DNA of 62,970 nucleotides, the filler included, from Craspedostauros australis (lineage: Eukaryota), in the NCBI GenBank assembly GCA_030167865.1. It is 8 parts of 8 records of this genome, joined end to end, with 100 filler letters (N's around TTAATTAATTAA, not from the genome) between each part and the next. Parts side by side here need not be neighbours in the genome. Positions count along the whole stretch, not along the records: positions 59,519 to 61,389 come from JALAGF010000741.1; positions 61,490 to 62,970 come from JALAGF010000744.1; 6 more parts are not named here. One strand, written 5' to 3'. A model generated the notes under the pieces. That model searched no databases. It was not told the DNA's origin and saw only the letters and a list, made by a program, of their open reading frames with translations. The first letter of the stretch is position 1, and each line of letters opens with the position of its first letter. Positions 59,520-62,970 of this stretch are shown piece by piece. The position numbers and the translations under genes were made by a program.

Positions 59520-60053
59520 CAGGAGACCCGATTGACTCTCTTCTTCTCCCACTTGATGGTCGGTCTGTCCATCCTGGTGCTCAACGTCCTCAAGCTCCTT
59601 CCTCTGCCAGTCCTGTACGGAGTGTTCCTCTTCATGGGTCTCTCCAGTCTCAACGGTATCCAGTTCTGGAACCGCTTCCTCCTCTTCTTCCAGCAACCAT
59701 CCAAGTACCCCAAGACGATCTACACCGAGCACATGGAGAAGGGTCGCATCCACATGTACACCATCCTTCAGATCCTGTTCTTCTCGCTGGTCTTCACCGT
59801 CCAGAACGTGAAGGCGGTTGCCATCGTGTTCCCCATGATGACGATGCTGTGCATCCCAGGACGTCTCTTCGTGCTGCCCCGCTTCTTCGAAGACTGGGAG
59901 CTCCTGCTGTTGGACGGCGAGGACGAGCCAATCGAAGAGTGGCTGCAAGCCAAGGAGCAGAGCGTGTTCATGTACGAGGAGTCCAAGAGAATGAGCATGA
60001 TGGAGGAGAGCGACTCCGCGAGCGGTGACGGTGTCGATGAGCAGCACGCATAA
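59520..60053 (+). CDS. SLC4: SLC4-family bicarbonate/anion (or borate) transporter, C-terminal fragment
   Basis: QETRLT..PLPVLYGVFLFMGLSSLNGIQFWNR..P..YP..IHMYTILQI..ELLLLD matches the HCO3- cotransporter C-terminus. The 5' part is lost in the gap. Confidence 0.9.
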   Translation, partial: QETRLTLFFSHLMVGLSILVLNVLKLLPLPVLYGVFLFMGLSSLNGIQFWNRFLLFFQQPSKYPKTIYTEHMEKGRIHMYTILQILFFSLVFTVQNVKAVAIVFPMMTMLCIPGRLFVLPRFFEDWELLLLDGEDEPIEEWLQAKEQSVFMYEESKRMSMMEESDSASGDGVDEQHA

Positions 60054-61489
60054 GCTCTTTATGCCGAAGCTGTGGACACTCCGGTCCGCAATCGACATCA
60101 ATCAATTTTCCAGCTTGCGCGCACCGGCATCAAGCAGCATACGTGCAGACCATACATCAATGTGAAGAGCGAAAGAACGAAAGATACACCGTACATGCTC
60201 ATGATTGTACATATATAAAACTCTTGAGAGAGAGAGGGAGAGAGCGATAGTGATAGTGAATACATAGAATGAAGAACGATCCAACATCTCCGCACGTGCG
60301 TAGCATGTCTTTGGTTAGAGCACAGTGTTGAACACTTCGATGTTGTCATGGATTCGGCATGCCCGAACCTGCTTTTGGAATGTCTGAGTGTGAGTGAGCA
60401 GAATACGTACTTCATCTTCATTGTTGCAGCGGAATGACGAGGCGGAAGTGATGGTGATGATGGTGACCAAATCTTCCCCTCCACAGGACAGACAAGAGAT
60501 GACTTCATGGATTGCGCTCGATGACACGAGAACGAGGTATGATAATATATCTCACGAGTAGAGTAATAGAATACCATACTATTATACAATAGAATAGAAT
60601 AGAATAGTACACAATCATACCATTCTACTACTGGTACAGAGCCCACCTGACATGATCGCCGGAGGTGCAAAGTGCAAAGCACAAACAGACGATGGAAACG
60701 GAAGAAGAAATGTGAGAAGAGAAGTGGAAAGAACGAGAAGCCTCCCTCGGTCACGTCACACCATCCGTGGCGTTATCTGTGACGTCATCGCTCTCACTTC
60801 CTCACATTTTCAGTTCCGAAACAGAAACTCCAACAACAGGAACCTTCCGTGTCGTGTCTGTGAACAGCACGCTCGCGACACACCAACACACCAACACATC
60901 TCAAGAGCGACCACAAAAAGAGATCCCGGACAAGAGACTATTTGTTCAGCCGATCCACCTTGTGGAGGATGTTGAAGATGTCAACGCTGTCTCGCACTGT
61001 CATGCAGACATGGAGACTCTGGGACACGTGGCATTGAATTTCGATTGTTCCCTCGCCACTCCGTCGCTTCGTCACTTCATCACTGAATTCAAACTTGTGA
61101 CCTCCAGCTTCTGGATTTGTTTGTTTCAAAGGAAGATACTTGCTCATGCAGGTCATGTGGCTTGCTCAGGTTGTTTCTCTCCCTTGGTGCCGATGTGGAG
61201 ACAGACCACATGCGAGTACCTACTCGCAATGGCAATGTGTTGGTGGTTGATGCTCTGACATAGTAACCGAAGATATGAAGAACGCCCCACCTTGCCTTAC
61301 CGTACGGTACCGTACCGGTACTTACTCGTTTGGTGTCATTCCACCCTTCGCTTCTCTCCACTCTTCTTGCTCCTCTTTCCTTCCCTCTCNNNNNNNNNNN
61401 NNNNNNNNNNNNNNNNNNNNNNNNNNNNNNNNNTTAATTAATTAANNNNNNNNNNNNNNNNNNNNNNNNNNNNNNNNNNNNNNNNNNNN

Positions 61490-62970
61490 GGAATCCACCA
61501 CGCAAAGGCTGGCTCTCCAGCGATGCGGTTCTGGGTGGCATACTCTGCGAGTTGCACCGGATATGAATCCTTCATGTCTTTCATGGCATTCCATGTGGTG
61601 CTTCCGTCCTTCCATTGTACGAGCATCTCCCAGCCCACCGTCGTCTCTCGTCGGCGTCGAACCCCGTTGCTGGATGTCACAAATGCATCCTGCTGCTTGA
61701 TGGCGCTCTCATCGGCCCTGTGATCGAGTATCGCGTCCAGCAGGACGTGTCGATACCCTTCAGAGTCGACCTGTGCGAACAAGTTCTCAGCGATGACATT
61801 TGCCACCATGGACTGCTTGTGGCCGTCCGCAAACTCCACCTCGTACATCCTTGTGTCCGTGATGGGATTGTCAGACGCAGTGCCGATGGGCTTTCCATCC
61901 TTGTCCCGTAGCCGCTTTGTCACCTTCGCGAATTCAGGATAATCCCCCCCGCGATCGATGGATAACTCCATGTCGGTGTATCCGTCGAACTCGTCAGGAG
62001 AGAAGGAATCATCCGCATGGGGCACGGCATGATTGTCGAACGTGCGCCCAAACTCTTCAGCAAAATCCGGGTCGTCCTCCACCAGCTCGGCCCAGGCAGA
62101 CAGCGCAGGCTTGCCGCCGACGACTGCCAATCGCTCCTCCTTGAAGCGAGCGGATATCGCGTCGTCGAAGGTCCGAAAACGGGCCTTGTGCTCGTCAATG
62201 CCCTTCTCCAGCTCCGTAACCCGCTGCACAGTCGTCCGTGCGACAGGAACGCCGGAGGCTGGAAGCACCCAATATGACATCAAGCTCCCGGTGGTATCAG
62301 CAACTCCAAGGAAACGCCCGAGCTGGATCTCGCCCAACCCCGCATCCGGCTTGAACCAGACACGATCGTAGAATGCAAAATCCAGGTACTCGGAGATGTC
62401 CGGGGTCTCACCTGTCAGGTGCTCAATCGGCGTCCTCCCGCCCAACCCACCAGCATTGCTGGCCGTGCGCTGCATGATACGGGCAATGTACGTCAACCCA
62501 TAGCTCCAGACACGCCGCGGGCAGTTGGACCGAAACATGGTGCGGTACCACTTCCTTCGCAACTCGCGGATGACGCCCTCAGCGGGGTTCTGCTTGTGCC
62601 GGCCGACTTCCGAGACTTGTGTCTGGATGCGGTACCGACGTGCTTTCGCCTGGAACTTGCTGTTGCGTCCAACCTGCTCCGGAGCGCCGTCGGCAATCAG
62701 CAGATCAGGTGCACCGTACTCGCGTACGAATGCCTCCAATGCGTCAGGTGCCTCCGACTTGCNNNNNNNNNNNNNNNNNNNNNNNNNNNNNNNNNNNNNN
62801 NNNNNNNNNNNNNNNNNNNNNNNNNCATGGATGTCAGTACATCGCGCATGCATCGTGTCGGTGGCCATGGTGCCGTGGATACGCTTGGGAAGGTACATGC
62901 GATCAGCTCTGTATCTGCGTGCCAAGGGCATGAGCGCAGAGCGGACCAAATGCCTGGTGGTGGCGTTGAG
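61490..62970 (-). mobile_element. Ty1/Copia (CoDi-like) LTR retrotransposon pol fragment: integrase plus downstream chromodomain-like region
   Basis: Open frame with integrase DDE motifs (ATDT, IADGAPEQ, QNPAEGVIRE), TPIEHLTGETPDIS, and GWEMLVQWKDGSTTW..KDSYPVQLAEYA typical of diatom CoDi elements. Confidence 0.88.

Overview
Eukaryotic genomic scaffold, most likely a diatom (inferred from the gene and transposon families and short GT-AG introns). It consists of eight contigs joined by artificial 100-bp N-TTAATTAATTAA-N spacers. About a third of the window is three apparently identical copies of a ~9.4 kb intact non-LTR retrotransposon resembling the diatom Ambal clade: ORF1 ~960 aa, ORF2 2029 aa with APE endonuclease, RT, RNase H and CCHC finger, and a (TTA)n tail. 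One copy is nearly complete and two are cut by gaps at the same base. Two 5'-truncated relatives from divergent families are also present, one with a 19-bp target-site duplication. Host genes: a sulfotransferase-like type II membrane protein, a 5-exon receptor cyclase-phosphodiesterase fusion, a 2-exon membrane protein with six Cys-rich repeats, a type II membrane protein apparently split by a retrotransposon copy, an ankyrin/coiled-coil protein and an SLC4 transporter 3' end. Also present: a Harbinger-type transposase, a CoDi-like Copia integrase fragment, LTR-like repeats and decayed remnants. The most notable unannotated signals are a 3'-terminal multi-hairpin plus motif conserved, with covarying stems, across three divergent Ambal-like families, and a highly structured 129-nt 5' UTR.
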